Shown one piece after another: positions 1 to 12,887 of a stretch of DNA of 64,000 nt. The stretch lies in contig OU015569.1 of NCBI GenBank assembly GCA_907165135.1, positions 11,160,001 through 11,224,000 on the forward strand, in the 5' to 3' direction. The stretch's first letter is position 1; every line of letters starts with the position of its first letter. The notes beneath the pieces were generated by a model. It was not told the origin of the DNA. It ran no database searches and saw only the letters and a program-made list of their open reading frames with translations. The translations under genes were made by a program, and so were the position numbers. The stretch comes from Oikopleura dioica. Taxonomy: Eukaryota > Animalia > Chordata.

Positions 1-451
1 CATTAATGCTGCGTTCAGAGCCGTCGGCCAATCAGCGCGCTCTTTCCCATGCCCGCCTCACCGCGCGATGGAGGAGAGCGCCCAGCGCAGCAAACCAGAG
101 CGCTGTCTGGCGCTTCAGCTTACTCAAGTAAGCCTCACAGAAATGGCTCTAAAACCATAAATATTGAGAATCTATTAAAACCGAGGCCCTAGGAATGTAG
201 ACGAAGGTCTAAATTATTAATTTATCAAAAAAATTCGACCGATTTAATGGAAAATTCTTGAGAAAAAGTGATCGTAAGATATAAAAATGCTCTAGGGAGA
301 AATTTTTTCGTTAAAAATTTAAAAATAACACTAGAATCGGATTTCTTAGACAATTTTAGGTAGGGTTCCTTTTGAAATCAAAGAATTTTATCGTCCCATT
401 TCAGCGCTACGAAAGTGCCTTGAGAACGGCTATATGATATAGCCTATATCC
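1..451. mobile_element. Right portion of a TTAA-TSD non-autonomous DNA transposon (Kolobok-like MITE); same family as 19013-19766
   Basis: 1-451 aligns with ~19335-19766 and ends ...GAGAACGGCTATAT[ins]CC followed by TTAA (452-455). The left half lies outside the window. Confidence 0.8.
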
Positions 452-737
452 TTAAGAAAATTAGTTTATAACACGATTTTTCTTGGCGTCTCTCGGTGGC
501 GGCTTGGTTTGGTGGTCCAAGTCGAGGGCAAAACCCGAGCTATTCGCGATAAATCTTCACGTGTTGTTCGAATCGCAGTAGAGGCAGCCTCCATGCGATT
601 AAAAACTGTTGATGGAGATTCACCAACTCCGGAGGTTCTTTCGAGTTCACCACGGTAGAGTACGGCCGACTCTAACCTTGCCCTGCTCGAAAGTTTTTAT
701 CGAATTTATAACTTTTCTTGTCAAACACTTTTACTAG

Positions 738-1650
738 AGTTTTTTGGCAGTGATTATTTCTTGGCCCTGTCTTCTCTCATTGTTGACGATGTGCATCACT
801 CAACTCCGAATCGTCATGTTCATCGGACAACTTGCTCTTTTCCTTAGGTTTCTTTCAAAAATATGGCCACTTTAAAAATTTTCAGATCGTCTCCTGACTT
901 TACGGACGAAACTCCAGTCGTCGACCGAGAAGACAAAGTGACGTTTTACGTTACGATTTTTGGCTGGATGCAGCTTTTCTGTCTCCTCGTTGCTCCTGTC
1001 ATCGGAAACGTCCTCGACAAGAATCTGGAAATCTGCCGGGACGATCCAATCGCCGGCGTCAGAAGCAGAGATTCCAACTCGACCCAAGCGTTCAGAAGAG
1101 TCCAGGCGTTGCGCAACACCAGGAACGCCTATCTCATCACAGAGGTGATTTTTCAATGTCTTCCTTGACTTTTATCCTCTGAAGGCGTGCCTCCTCGCGA
1201 TTGGAATTCTGATGGTTCTTCCCATTCCAATCTGGGCGCAGTACATTACATTTTTACTCGTCACTTGGATTCGTACTTTTCTTCACTCTACTGCAGGTAT
1301 GAAGCGACTACTGTAAAAACCACAGTTAACTGTTTCCTTAGGTGGTCTTTATGTGAATGTGTTTCATTACGCTCATTTGGGAAAATTAACTGGCCTGGGC
1401 TCGATAGTTTCTGCGATCTTTTGCCTGCTCAATGATCCGCTCTTCAAAATTGTTAATAATATTCTCGACCAGGATCCTTTCTGGGTAAGTTGAAAAAAGT
1501 ACTTGTATGGCAAATCGCTCTTAGTTGAATATTCTGGTGCTGGTCCTGTCTTTGTTGGGCCTGCTGCTTCCTTTATATCTGACTCGATTTGCGAAGAAGG
1601 TTGAGAAGACGTTGAATGAAATTGATAAGAGCAATAAACTGTCGAAATAA
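738..1650 (+). CDS. SLC43 family (LAT3/LAT4-like) amino acid transporter, 3' exons
   Basis: Spliced peptides LLTMCITQLRIVMFIG, FYVTIFGWMQLFCLLVAPVIGNVLD and DQDPFW|LNILVLVLSLLGLLLPLYL match SLC43A1/2 C-terminal helices. Short GT-AG introns; stop TAA 1648-1650. Upstream exons are probably 5' of this span or outside the window. Confidence 0.8.
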
Positions 1651-1966
1651 ATAGAATTTCAAATTGACGAAATCTCGTCCGGGGAAATTTGGGGCGTTCT
1701 TCCCTCTTCAGCGGGATATCGTGCAAATACCGGCGGTTTTTGGATGGTTCGATATCTAAAAACCGCCACAGAAGTGGTTCTTTTCGTAAAACTTCGAATC
1801 AGAATGGTTTGATTAATGGAAATTCTATTTTCAGCTCCGAATTAGGCCTACTTATTAGAGCATAAAGCGCGCGCCCTCCCAACTTGCAGCGGAAGCAAAA
1901 TTTTTATTGGCTTATTGAAGATAAATATTGACAAATTTGAAATTTTTGAATAAAATTTGAGAGAAA

Positions 1967-2885
1967 ATGGTCCGACATCTCGACGACTACATAACTTCTT
2001 ATGGGAGATTTGGAAAGTGCAGTGACTGTGGATTGTAAGTTCAAAACTTTTTTCTCTTGTTAACTCTTTGGATTTTAGCCATTCCGAAGCAACTGCGTTG
2101 ATCAGAAAAAAACGATTCTGCGAAGACTGCAAAGAAGAAAAGTATCCAGACGAAAAGCCCGAATTTCAAGAGACAGATGCAAGATTCAAGTGCCGTGCTG
2201 GTAAATGCGGGGCGAAAAATCTCTCCTTCCGAGAGATCTTAATTGGGTCTTGCTGCAAGGATGCGGCGAAAGCAATTTCCGACAATGTTTGGGGTAATGA
2301 TTTAAAAATAAAGAACTTATCAATTTAATTATATCGATAGAGTCCAAGTACGAGCGCGATGTGATGAACAAGATTTATATGAAAATAAAAACGGCGCGCT
2401 GCTCTTTCAATTCCAAAATAGACGAAGCTGAAGGTGAGCTGTATTCTGCGAAAAATGCAGTGCGAGCAGCAAAAGAAGCACTGAAAAAGGCTGAAGAGAG
2501 AGTTCTAGCGGCAGAAGTGAATCTTGGATACGCGAGAATAAAACATCGAGATTTGACAAAATTGGAAAAGAAAAGCGAGAAACGAGTTCTTGTCATTACA
2601 AAAGCTGCGTTTGAAGAACATGGTAAGATGATCTAGTCGAAAATTGTTGATTTTTACTGATTATTTTTAGACGAGCCACCAGCAAAGAAGCCGAGGAAAG
2701 AGGAAGTGAATGAGAAGCTCGAATGCAGACTCTGCCTCGAGTCCTACACTGAAGACCGCCCATCTGCGATCATCATTCCATGCGCGCACATGTTCTGCTA
2801 TAATTGCATCTCGTCCCTTCCACAGAAAAATTGCCCCAACTGCCGCGCCGAGTTTACTGACAACAATGTCTACAAGACTCACTAA
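1967..2885 (+). CDS. Cys-rich N-terminus + coiled coil + C-terminal C3HC4 RING (putative E3 ligase)
   Basis: Last exon reads ECRLCLESYTEDRPSAIIIPCAHMFCYNCISSLPQKNCPNCR. N-terminal CSDC..H..CEDC; coiled coil in the 2361-2636 ORF; NLS-like PPAKKPRK; four exons with short introns. Confidence 0.8.
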
Positions 2886-3169
2886 GCATCTGCTCCTCTT
2901 TAGTTCACTGTTAAATTCTATTTCTTAAAGTAGCTTCGAACCTTTCTGATCCAGAAAAAAAGAAATGAAAAATCAACCAAATGTCTGGGCATTAATTCTT
3001 TTATTAATGATTGTAGTAAAGAGAATATCAGGATCTCAATAAAAATTCCACTTATTTGATCAATGATCAACGACATTATATCTTGGATATCCTAACCGGA
3101 GTACAGTGAAGGGAGAAAAAAATAATTAACGAAATAAAGAGAAATTATCAGATTTAATACATGTAACAA

Positions 3170-4820
3170 TTAAAGAGTTTGGTAAAAGAAGTTTCGGACT
3201 CTGTAGGCAGAGGCGGGGCCTACTTGGTAATTGTCAGCGACGTGTGCTGTCAGATCGCCGGTGGATTTCGATCCCCCCGCGGCGTAGCTTCCCGACATAA
3301 CGGTGCTCCCGTCGACACTTGCGACGTAGTTGACATTTCCGTTACCAGCATCCGTGACTTCGACTGTGTAGGTGCTCCATTGACCGTCAGTGCAGACGAT
3401 ATCCGTATATATTTGATGAGCCCAAGACGGAGAATTGGTTGGATGATTGACTACAAAGTGAATTCTGTTGCCATTTGGCTCTCGCATGAGAAGAAAAGTT
3501 CGGTCGCCGGGTGCACCGTAATCCGGGCCTGCACCAAGCCGAAGAACGGTCGTGTATTCCGAGTTTATCGGTGCGCTATGGTCGCAGAAGACCTCAGCTG
3601 AGGCCTTGTAGCCCAAAGCAGCTGGCACGGTTGCGAGAAGATTATTTTGAGTTGGGGCAATGTCGCAGCCGTTGACAATATTGAAACAGTTTTCAAGTCC
3701 ATCGCATGGTTCAGAGCAGAGAGGAGTATCGGCAAAGGTCTGGTAGTAGAAGTTGCGGACGGAAAACGCTGATCCAGCGTCGTACCAGTCGTCGGAGACG
3801 AAAACTTGAAGATCGCCACTTGTCAATGATCCTTGGTAGCCGTAAGTTCCTTCATCAATTTGGGTTCCATCAATACTGACAACGTATCGCAAGGTATTGG
3901 GGGAGCCATCGACTTGTTTCACTTCAACGGCGTAGGTGTTCCACTCACCGTCGGTGCAGACGTAATCGTTGTACTTGGAGTGATCATCACCGGCTGGATC
4001 GTTGACCGTGAAGTAGAGCATGTCAGCAGAGCTGGGATATCGCCACAGCGCGAAGGTTCGATCACCTGCAGCGCCAAAGTTGTCTCCCGCGCTCACGTGG
4101 AAGATGTTCTGGAAGAAGCCCTCGAGCGTATTGCTATGGTCGCAACGAACATCAGCGGAGAATTTGTAGTTGAGAGCAGCGGACACGGTGGCAACCTGAT
4201 TGTTTCGAGAAGGTGCGACGCTGCAGCCATTGACCAGAACCTGGCAGTTGTCAAGGCCGTCGCATGGGTCGCTTGCGCAAGGAGGAGGTGTTGGTGCGAT
4301 CGGAAGGTCGCACTGGAGCTGTTTGTATTTTCTCTTGAAAAGCATGTTTCGCTGTCGTTGGATGGTTCTGGTCATCTTGTGGGAAGCCCATCCGTTGTTG
4401 TCGGTGAGGTTGACATCGTCCATGCAGACGAAGGCGTCGTGGTAGCTCTTGATGGACGCAATGAAGTTGTTGATCGAGTGGCAGATGTCCTCACTGTCGT
4501 AGTAGGGAGGGACAAAAGCGTCGGGGTCACCGGAGCCGGCAAATTCGACGCAGGAATCCGAGACGCGGCCGGGGAAGTTTTCGACTTTGTTGTAGAAGTC
4601 GCGAAGTCGATTGGCCTTCTTCCTAGCATTGTGATCACGGAAATTTCTATCAACGTATGCGGCGTAGACAGCGTCGTAGAGATCGCCGTAAGCAGCGGCA
4701 ACTTGGGTCCAGGCATCGTTCGCAACCTCGACCGCAGAGGCAGCGGAGACAACAGCAGCAAGAACCTAGAAATTTCAGATTTTGAAAAAATTTAACACAC
4801 AGATTTTCTCTTACCTTCAT
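3170..4820 (-). CDS. Secreted protein with a helical Cys-containing N-domain and two ~130 aa lectin/LamG-like repeats (possible house/oikosin-type protein)
   Basis: ATG AAG at 4820, 49-nt GT-AG intron 4814-4766, then signal peptide MKVLAAVVSAASA continuing in frame into the 417 aa ORF. Two internal repeats CDGL[DE]NC..VNGC..AP..NN..ATV.AAL.YK..A.V.CDHS..GDRTF. TATA-like TATAAAA upstream at ~4890 (minus). Confidence 0.75.
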
Positions 4821-5836
4821 TCTCTGATCAGTTTCGAAAAGATTTTCTTTTCAATGATGATTTTGAGGGATTCGAAGTACGATTTTATATCGCCAAAGTG
4901 CTGATAAGAGCGCCGCGCCCGCTTGATGTACTCGAGAGCACCAATTTCCACGTTCTTGCACCGGCGTAACTTTTGCTCTATTTCGAAATGTCTAGTTTTT
5001 TCCTTCCACCTAGAACCCTGGTTACCTGCAATTAAGCTTCTGAAAAATGACTAGGAAGCTATTTTTTGAAAGAAACCTTCACAATATCAAATAAACCCGA
5101 TGAAATAAACTATTAATAATAATGTATATGATATACAGTATATCACATGATAATACCAACGAATTAGGGTAAGGGAGTCCCTAACTTAGGGACTGGGTTA
5201 GGCAAATAGTCTATTGGCCATTTTATAAAAAATTATTTAGCTGAGCTTATCATCTTGTCAAGATTTCTGAGCTAGTCAGAGCCGCTCAGCTCAGGTTATC
5301 AGAAGAGCTATTATTGCGATTTTTTAATTTATTTTCAAAATTTTTAAAATTATGTTCTCAAAAATGATGTCAAAAAGATGGCTTACTCTGAAAAAAATTA
5401 CCCTGAAAATAACTCTGAAATCCGCGTAGAGCCTATGCCGCATAGAACATATTTTAACGCATACTTTCTACCGTAATTGGCCACAAGGCCAAGCGTTTAG
5501 ATATGCTGCTAAGCACCTTCCAAGTAAGTGTCGTATGTGGAGCAACAACATGTTCTCGGAACCATTTTCGTGCTTGGTAACCAACAGAATTAGAGTCTAA
5601 GCCGTCTCCAGCGCTGTTTTCCCCAAAATACAAGGTGCAGAGTACTCCAATTCGTTTATCTTGAATATTTTCTTGCAGAATGGCAAAAAGGAAAACTTCT
5701 AACTCAACAGTCAGCGTTTTTTTCGGCGTAAAAAGAGTAAATTAAAAAAATAAAATCATAAAAAATCAATCTTCTTTGGAATACTTTATTCATTTATTTC
5801 AGCAATATAAACAATCTTGCTATAAAAATTCATGCT

Positions 5837-6140
5837 TCAAAAGCGCTGCGTGCGAGCTTTGGCAGGACTGGTCGCTGGAACGCTGCATCTTCAACAAAGG
5901 GCGAAAGTAAAAGGCATCAATTGAATTGCTCCATCGAGTGCATAGAACTGACAGAGGCTGCATTTTTACCTTGGAACTGGGAGTGATTGACGCGGTGGAG
6001 AAACTCCTTGAAAGCTTTTGACAGAATCTGCCACAGATCGAAACGAGCCTTTTTTAGTAAAATAAAAGGGATGAAAAAAGGGCTTGCTGATTTTTACCTT
6101 GATAGGAAATACGACACTCGGAGCACTTTTTAGGCATCAT
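5837..6140 (-). CDS. Possible small three-exon gene (~57 aa), unknown
   Basis: Two GTAAAA...AG introns join MMPKKCSECRISYQG-SFRSVADSV..PVPR-CSVPATSP..* in frame; no recognisable homology. Confidence 0.3.
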
Positions 6141-9100
6141 TTTGAGATATTTTCTTAATTTTCAAAATTAAGATTATTTTAATTTTTTTATAGGAAATCC
6201 CCCAAAATGGTTAAAAAAAGCAACGATGCCCTTTCCTTTGAATTATCAGCGCTTGAATTCATGCGCGAAAGGTGGCGACTCTGAAATAATTCGCATTGAT
6301 TTCGGATTTTCTCCTTCTCAATTCTATAGCTGTTAATTTTTGCTAAACACCGAGCTCGCTACATATCTATTGCCCAAATGCTTGGGGTGACATTAAAACG
6401 ATAGTTATCCCCTTCATTAAGAATTGCCCGAGAATAAAATATTAATTTGTGCTCAAATTTATCGCAGGTAATTTCTCTCTTTTGAACACAAAACCATTAA
6501 CCTACTCTCGAGTGCGGGGTAAATCTTCGTTCGCGGCTTTTGTCGCTGGAATCTGTGTCTGTCTCACCATACACCAGATAGGCACTAGAATTTATATGCT
6601 TGTTTTGTCAAGACTGGCAAATTGAGTAAAGAAAAATGTCGAAAAACTGGCAATTCTGTTCGTTTTTGAATAAAAATTCGGCAATTTTGATTGGCTTTTG
6701 CAAGTCCTGATTGTATTTAAAGAACTGATTGAATAAACTGTTGATCGAATTTTACCAGCAACAAGAAAGAAGAATAAACAAAGCTGCAGAAGAGATCACA
6801 ATCGAAATGGACTGCCAAAAGGTGCTGAAAAAGGAAGAAAGTCACCTTCTTAGAGCGAAAGAAAAGGAAAAACTTACAATTCCAGCTTCATGTTTTTTCA
6901 TTTTTTCGAACCATCGGGCGCTCTCAATCATTCTCTAGCTGTCATTTTTGGCAATTGCTGTGGCGAATGCTCGAAATGGCAGGCCCTTTTTCGATATGGC
7001 TGGTTCAATATAATCCTCTCTCGAGGATCAGTGAACTCAAGCGAAGGTGTTGCTGCTACCCTCTCCTGCAACAACTGCTATCCCCCTTTCCACCCATTCC
7101 TGGGCGATCAATTATTCACTCAAAAAAGTATAAAATATATACCCGTAACGGTAACACATGTCATTTTCAGATATTCTCTCTCATCTTTTTTTTTGCTTTC
7201 CCAAGCTTCTTTTTATCATTTTTTAAAAAGAAAGGTCAAAGAGAATTTTCAAAAAAGACGAATTTAAAAGACAAATGTAAGAAAAAAAGTCTAGTTTATT
7301 GTTTTTGGCAGGTAGTTTTGTTGACGATTTCGCATTTCTTATTTTATACAAGCAAGCATCAGCAGCGATTGAGCTCATTTTGTCTCCCCACAAAATAATT
7401 CTAAAAAATCCTCGTTGATTTCAATTCACTGAAAATGGAAACTTACCAATCGATCTGATTCCATCGCGCTGGGTCTTTGTAACGACGTTCCCTAAATCAT
7501 CTTCAGATGAAAATTTTAACCTACTGTCTGTGTAAATGAAGGCTTCGTGTCCCTAGAAAGTTGGTTAGAAAAATAGGAAAAGCGCGCTAGAAGTGTGACT
7601 TGCCTCGTTTCTGCAGCCAATGTGAATCTTTGGCGCAGGCAGAAATTCCAGTCTGCTGAATTTTGAAATGGCCCCAATGTAACCTTCTGTGTGGCGACAC
7701 GTGACCGTCCAAATCGGCTCCGCTCGTTTGGTCTTTGACGAAAAGACGAACTCAACGGGTGAAATGTCGAAAATGTTCGAATCGTACTCGTTGTTGATTT
7801 TTCGGAAGCATTTCGATGCCTCGCAGTTTCCTTTTAGTGTTATTCAGAGTTAAAATCAAAATCTTAGATGATCACTTTAAGTTTTTCAATTCTTATTCAA
7901 TGAGTTCCACTCGTTCTTCTAGATAAAAAAACAATATTGACAGGGTTTTTAATAACTTTATGGTCTCTAAAAAAACGAACTTTTCTAGAGAAAATCTGCG
8001 AGATTTTGATAGAAAATAGTCTGAACAGTTATTTATATTGAAAATTTCCTATAGTTTCATATTGAGAATGGTTTTGTCTTGATTTCAACTTTCAGATTCA
8101 GGTGAAAAGAGTAAGCTTTGGAATATAGGATTACTTGTCCAAATGGATCCTGAGCCTAACCCTAACCCTAAATAAAGTTTGGTCAATTTGAAGCTGATTA
8201 AAATTCAAATTCTTTTACTTTTTTACAAGAATTGCTCTTTGCTCTGGTCACACTTTCCTGTACACTCCAACATGCAACTCTAAAACGCAATTTCCTCACC
8301 AATCTTATCTCTTAAAATTCTCAAACCTGAATGGGCACATCAGTCCGCACTTGCGTGCAATATTCTGTGCATTCTCTTTTCTTGCAAAAAGCGTGCACAG
8401 AACTCGAGTACAGTACTGTCATGCAGGCGGGAGCGAAAAGTCTCATTTCGATAAAAAAAAAGTTTTCTTTTTTTTATGTTTCAAAAAAAAATTCTCTTTT
8501 TGATATTTTTCAACCAAACGTGAGTATCTGAGCTTCTTCTCAGAGGCTTTTATTCGCAACTTGGTGAAACTGTTCACGGCGGGGGCTTATCGGTGTCGGT
8601 TACAAAGCTCGGCTTATCTTGTGTAAACGATTAAAGCCATTTCACTAGTAAATGAGCTGCCCAGATGCTTTTCAAAGCGACCGAGCCAGAACAGCTAGAA
8701 ACTCGACAAAAAACATTCAAGCCACGAGATTCGGCGAATTTAGCGCGCCGCAAATTGAGCAACAGTCGACTGCGAAGGCGATTTTGAATTAATTCGACTA
8801 AAGCAAATTCATCTTAAAAACCTCACCATCACGTTCTAGGGCTCATTTTTCGTCTGTTTCAAATTTAACTCAAACTACTGCATTGACCAAAAATCTGGTC
8901 AAAAGAAAAATTTAGCAAGTTTTTGCTTTAACTTGCTTTTATAAAAAATATCAAAAAAAAAAGAGCCTAAAAATTTATTTAATCGAAATTTTATGGAAAG
9001 AAAGAGAGTCCCAAAGACTGGAAAAAGAAAGTTCGAATGGAGTAGATCTAATGAGTTACGGTGGCAAGAGGCTTTAGGCTTGGTGTTGAGTGTTGCACAA

Positions 9101-10075
9101 GTTCCAATTCTGAAGGCTTAGAGGGATGAAGCTAACATGAAACCTATATCCTCGTCTAAGACAGCGATTTAGCGAATCCGTTCCAGCCGAAAAGGGTGAG
9201 TTTGACTACGCCTTTCAAGGCAAGATCAAAAGAGCACGAAAAAGAAAAGATTTGAACAAAGAGTTCGTCACAATTGAGTTACTTTTGAAGTGGCAATAAA
9301 ATCTTGGAATAAAATTGATGGCCCGTTGTAGCGATAGCTCTCCTTCTGCGGTCAGTCTTTTAAAAATATCTTTTCCATCGTAATTTTTCAAAAATTGAAA
9401 ATGAATTTATTTGCTCAAGACGCCATTCGTGGTTACGTTGTCACAACGTAAAGAGAAAAAAAAATAATGACTGTGCTTTAAAATCTGAGAAAATGAATAA
9501 ACAGTTGAAAATTGCCAAAAAATGATAAATTTCAAATAAAGAAATGTTATAATATTATTAAATGAGCGCAAATGTAAAGTGAGATTGTCCATTCGAAAAA
9601 ATACAGCATATAAATTATATGATATATTATAAAAAAAATTCATCGGCCATTTCATCTGCTCAAAATTGAAAGAATAAAAAAATTAAAAATGTCTGTCTTT
9701 CGATTCAAGTACAAAATGAATTCTCCAGAAACATTAGAGCAGTCAACAACATGGTTAGAATATCAAGAGAAAAAGAAGAAGAAAAATAATAACGAATAAA
9801 ATGACTCTCTAAGCCCAAGGCCTACGAATTAGCCACGAACAAATCGGTTTTGCAAGTTGGTGAAAAAACGTGGTCTCGACAAATCATTGCGATATTTCTC
9901 ATCCTCTTAGTTCAATCCCCGGTAACTCTATTTCAACGTCGGCTTATTCGCGCTGGATTATGATTCTATATTCATTCGCAAAAAATCAATCCTAAGAAAA
10001 AACTCGACTCACGCAGGCAATTTCTTTGAGACGGGATTTTTATTTTTAATTGTGACAGTAGCTATTTTTTAAAAT

Positions 10076-12677
10076 TCAGTTTCCGTAAGAGCTCATGATT
10101 GCGATGTCGTTGTCAAAAGAGCTTCCTTCGGCGAGGCGCACGCATTTGTCCATTGTTTCCGAGTTTCGAGTGATTGGATCTAAAATGACCATCTTTCCGC
10201 TATCAAAAATGAACTGTACCTGTCATCCAGTAATCAGCAGCAACGGAAGCTCGTCTGGTCGATTTGAGCACAACATCATTTCGAATTTGCTCCCGCGAGT
10301 CGCCCAGCTTCAAATCGGCGTATTTGGAGCCAACATCGTAGAATGAATTCGGCTCGAAGAAGCCGATTCGGACGAGGTTCGGCGCGATCTGGTACATTCT
10401 GTTTCGTACAGATTGAATTGTCTCGTACGGAAGCGTAGTGTGCAGTTCTTCGGAAAGCATTTGGACGATTTTCCAGTCTTCGATTGCGCCGCCTGAAATG
10501 AACAAGATTAATGTTAATGAAAAAGTGAATATCATTGAGTAACTACAATGAAAAAAGGCGATCTTTTTCTAGCGATTTTCCAAGATCATATAGATTCTTT
10601 AAAGAATTTAGTTAAAACTAAACACACTTGTAAAGTTGTAAAGACAGTGTAAGTATTGACATCGACTATTGTCAGTTTTTATTCAACCTGATTCCGTTCT
10701 ATTCGGTTTTTACCCGCGAAAACGCGTCCAGGCGGTCAATTTTGAGTTTGTCAAAGTAATCGTCATCTGTGTAATTATCAGAATATTATGATTTACTTGT
10801 TTATATCAACCTAAACAGCTAGTTAAAAATTGAAGTATTCTTCATTTTTATCCAATCTTATGGTTTTTCTTTTCTAGAAATTCCGAAAATGATTTTCTCA
10901 AATTATGCTGCCTTCTTTTTTAGTTGTCTTTTTTGTCCCTCCTCCCCGAAGTAGGCCATTTCTAGTAACAATATCAAATAAAACTTATATTTTAAATATT
11001 TTTGGCATTTTGATAATTTTTAGGAAACATACTTGGTGGAGTAACAACTTGGCGCGTTCGCTGTGGCCTTCCTTCGAGATTGACGAAAGTAGACGATTTC
11101 TCCGTGTAGGCGACCGAGGGGAGAATGATATCGGCGAGCTCGGCGCCAGCGTCCATGTGTGTTCCGATGTAGATGACGGTCGTGTGGTCGGAGAAACCCT
11201 CGATTTGGTACTCGTTGCACAAATCCGCTCTGGAGACTTTACGCCCGTCCGCGCCCAGGAGCAGGAGAACGTCGGGCTTGGTTCGTCTGATTCCGAGAGG
11301 ACCCGATTTCCAACCGAGATCCAATGCTGCCTGGAGCGACGCGTGAAGATGGACAGTGTTGAAGATTCCTGAACTCGCTTTCTAGCGAATTTCGGAGGAA
11401 AGAAAAAAGAGTACCGTTGATGAAGAATTCGCCCATCATGTCCGTCTCATTAACTTTATTCGCAATAAGATTGCCCTTGATCGCATTGGTAAGTCGCTGA
11501 ATTTCGTGATTGAACGCCACCGCATCAGGTCTAGCATGAATGCCGCTGCCGCAGAGGATCATCGGCCGTCTCGAATTAAACAGAGTCTAAAGCGCAATTA
11601 AACCTCTCAAGTTCGACGAAGAAATTCACCTCGCAAAAGCTGTGGGTTCCATCAGCAAGCTCAGAGATCGTGTCTGGCGAGGCGCCCAAGTGTTTGGTGC
11701 TGTAGCCCAGATTCATTTTCAATCCAACGATGCCGACTTTGCATTTGTTCTCGTGGTATGTTTTCTGAAAGAAATGGTTTTAGGAGAACAAAGGTTTTTT
11801 CTTACCTGGATTCGTGTATTCACTAGTGGCGCTTCCAGACGAGGATTGAAGCCGACTAATATGATGCAGTCCGCATACTCGATTCCAGTAAGAGGCATGT
11901 TCATCAGATAATGACTCCTGAAGCAAAAATGTCAAATACTTTGTCCCATCTTCTTTTTTACTCAAAATCAGAATATAAACTCCTGAGCCTACCTAAAATC
12001 CGTGTTGACGGCGCAGTATTCTTCAGTAAAGTAACTCTCTGAGCCCAAAATGTTGAGCAAATCGCGCGTCACTGTCAAAGTCTCTGCATCAGTAAACGGC
12101 CCGGCAAGAGCGGCTACTCGCTCTCCCCGTCAATCAGCACATCTCCGCAAACTAAAGGAATATTAAAATAAATAATCAAAGAAAAGATGCTACTTTGAAG
12201 GATCTCATCCCAGCCGTGGGTCGACAAGGCGCCGGAAGGATTCCTAATCATTGGTTCGGTGATTCTAGCCTTGCTCAATCCGTCGTAGCTGAAACGCGCC
12301 TTGTCGGTTGCGAAGTCTTTGTTGACATCTTGATTCGGACAGGCGCGAATGTCGATGATGTTGTTGAAACGAGCGCCGATGCGGATGTTTGTTCCAACAG
12401 CGTCTGAAAAGTTTATGAAAAAAAAAAAGATTATTTTCATCAATTTTTGCTTACCAAGAACATCAATGCTGTCGACATATTTCGTCTCCCATCTCGGAAA
12501 GAGAAAGGGAGTCTTTTCGCTGTCGTTATTTTTGCCGCCCTTGCTCGGCTTGCTCCTCTTGCGACCGGGCACCATCGGCCCCGTGTCGATCGAGTAGTCA
12601 GGCTTCATTTCCCCGCCTCTCTGATATCCCAGCAGACGAGCTGAAGCTCGCGAAAGAACATGCGCTTGACGGAACAT
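10076..12677 (-). CDS. NDUFS1: Complex I 75 kDa subunit-like protein, C-terminal (molybdopterin-fold) part only, with mitochondrial presequence
   Basis: Exons read RWETKYVDSIDVLDAVGTNI, DKARFSYDGL, ADCIILVGFNPRLEAP, VIYIGTHMDAGAELADIILPSVAYTEKSSTFVNLEGRPQ, EDWKIV..LPYETIQSVRNRM, DYWMTDPITRNSETMDKCV. These are colinear with NDUFS1 from about residue 240 to the C-terminus. Confidence 0.9.
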
Positions 12678-12887
12678 TGCCTTTTTTTATCGCTTTTTCA
12701 CTCTTGCAAAAATATTTTCTCGCTAAAGTGAAGAGAAAGATTCGCAATCGCCGCAGCTCGATTTCAAAATGCAGGTGTTTCGTTTTTTGTTGTTGAAGAT
12801 GGCTTGATGGCGCGCACGCAATTTTTCCGCCGTTGAATTTCGCGATTTCAAAGATTGAGAGCAAAATTGAGAGTCAAAGAGAGAGAA
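12678..12887. promoter_or_regulatory. Head-to-head (bidirectional) promoter between the NDUFS1-like gene and RING-SIM gene copy 1
   Basis: Only ~210 bp separate the divergent ATGs (12677 minus, 12888 plus). Contains GATGGCGC and TTTTCCGCC motifs shared with the upstream regions of the other copies. Confidence 0.55.

Noticed and set aside
3833-4795. 320 aa plus-strand ORF (and 3179-3601)
   Set aside because: Antisense shadow of the codon-biased minus-strand secreted protein gene.
6700-7760. Cys-containing short ORFs on both strands
   Set aside because: Could not assemble a consistent spliced frame or recognise a domain.
9000-9200. KFEWSRSNELRWQEAL, reminiscent of a retroelement RT-RNase H connection
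   Set aside because: Short, flanked by stops, with no other retroelement motif nearby.
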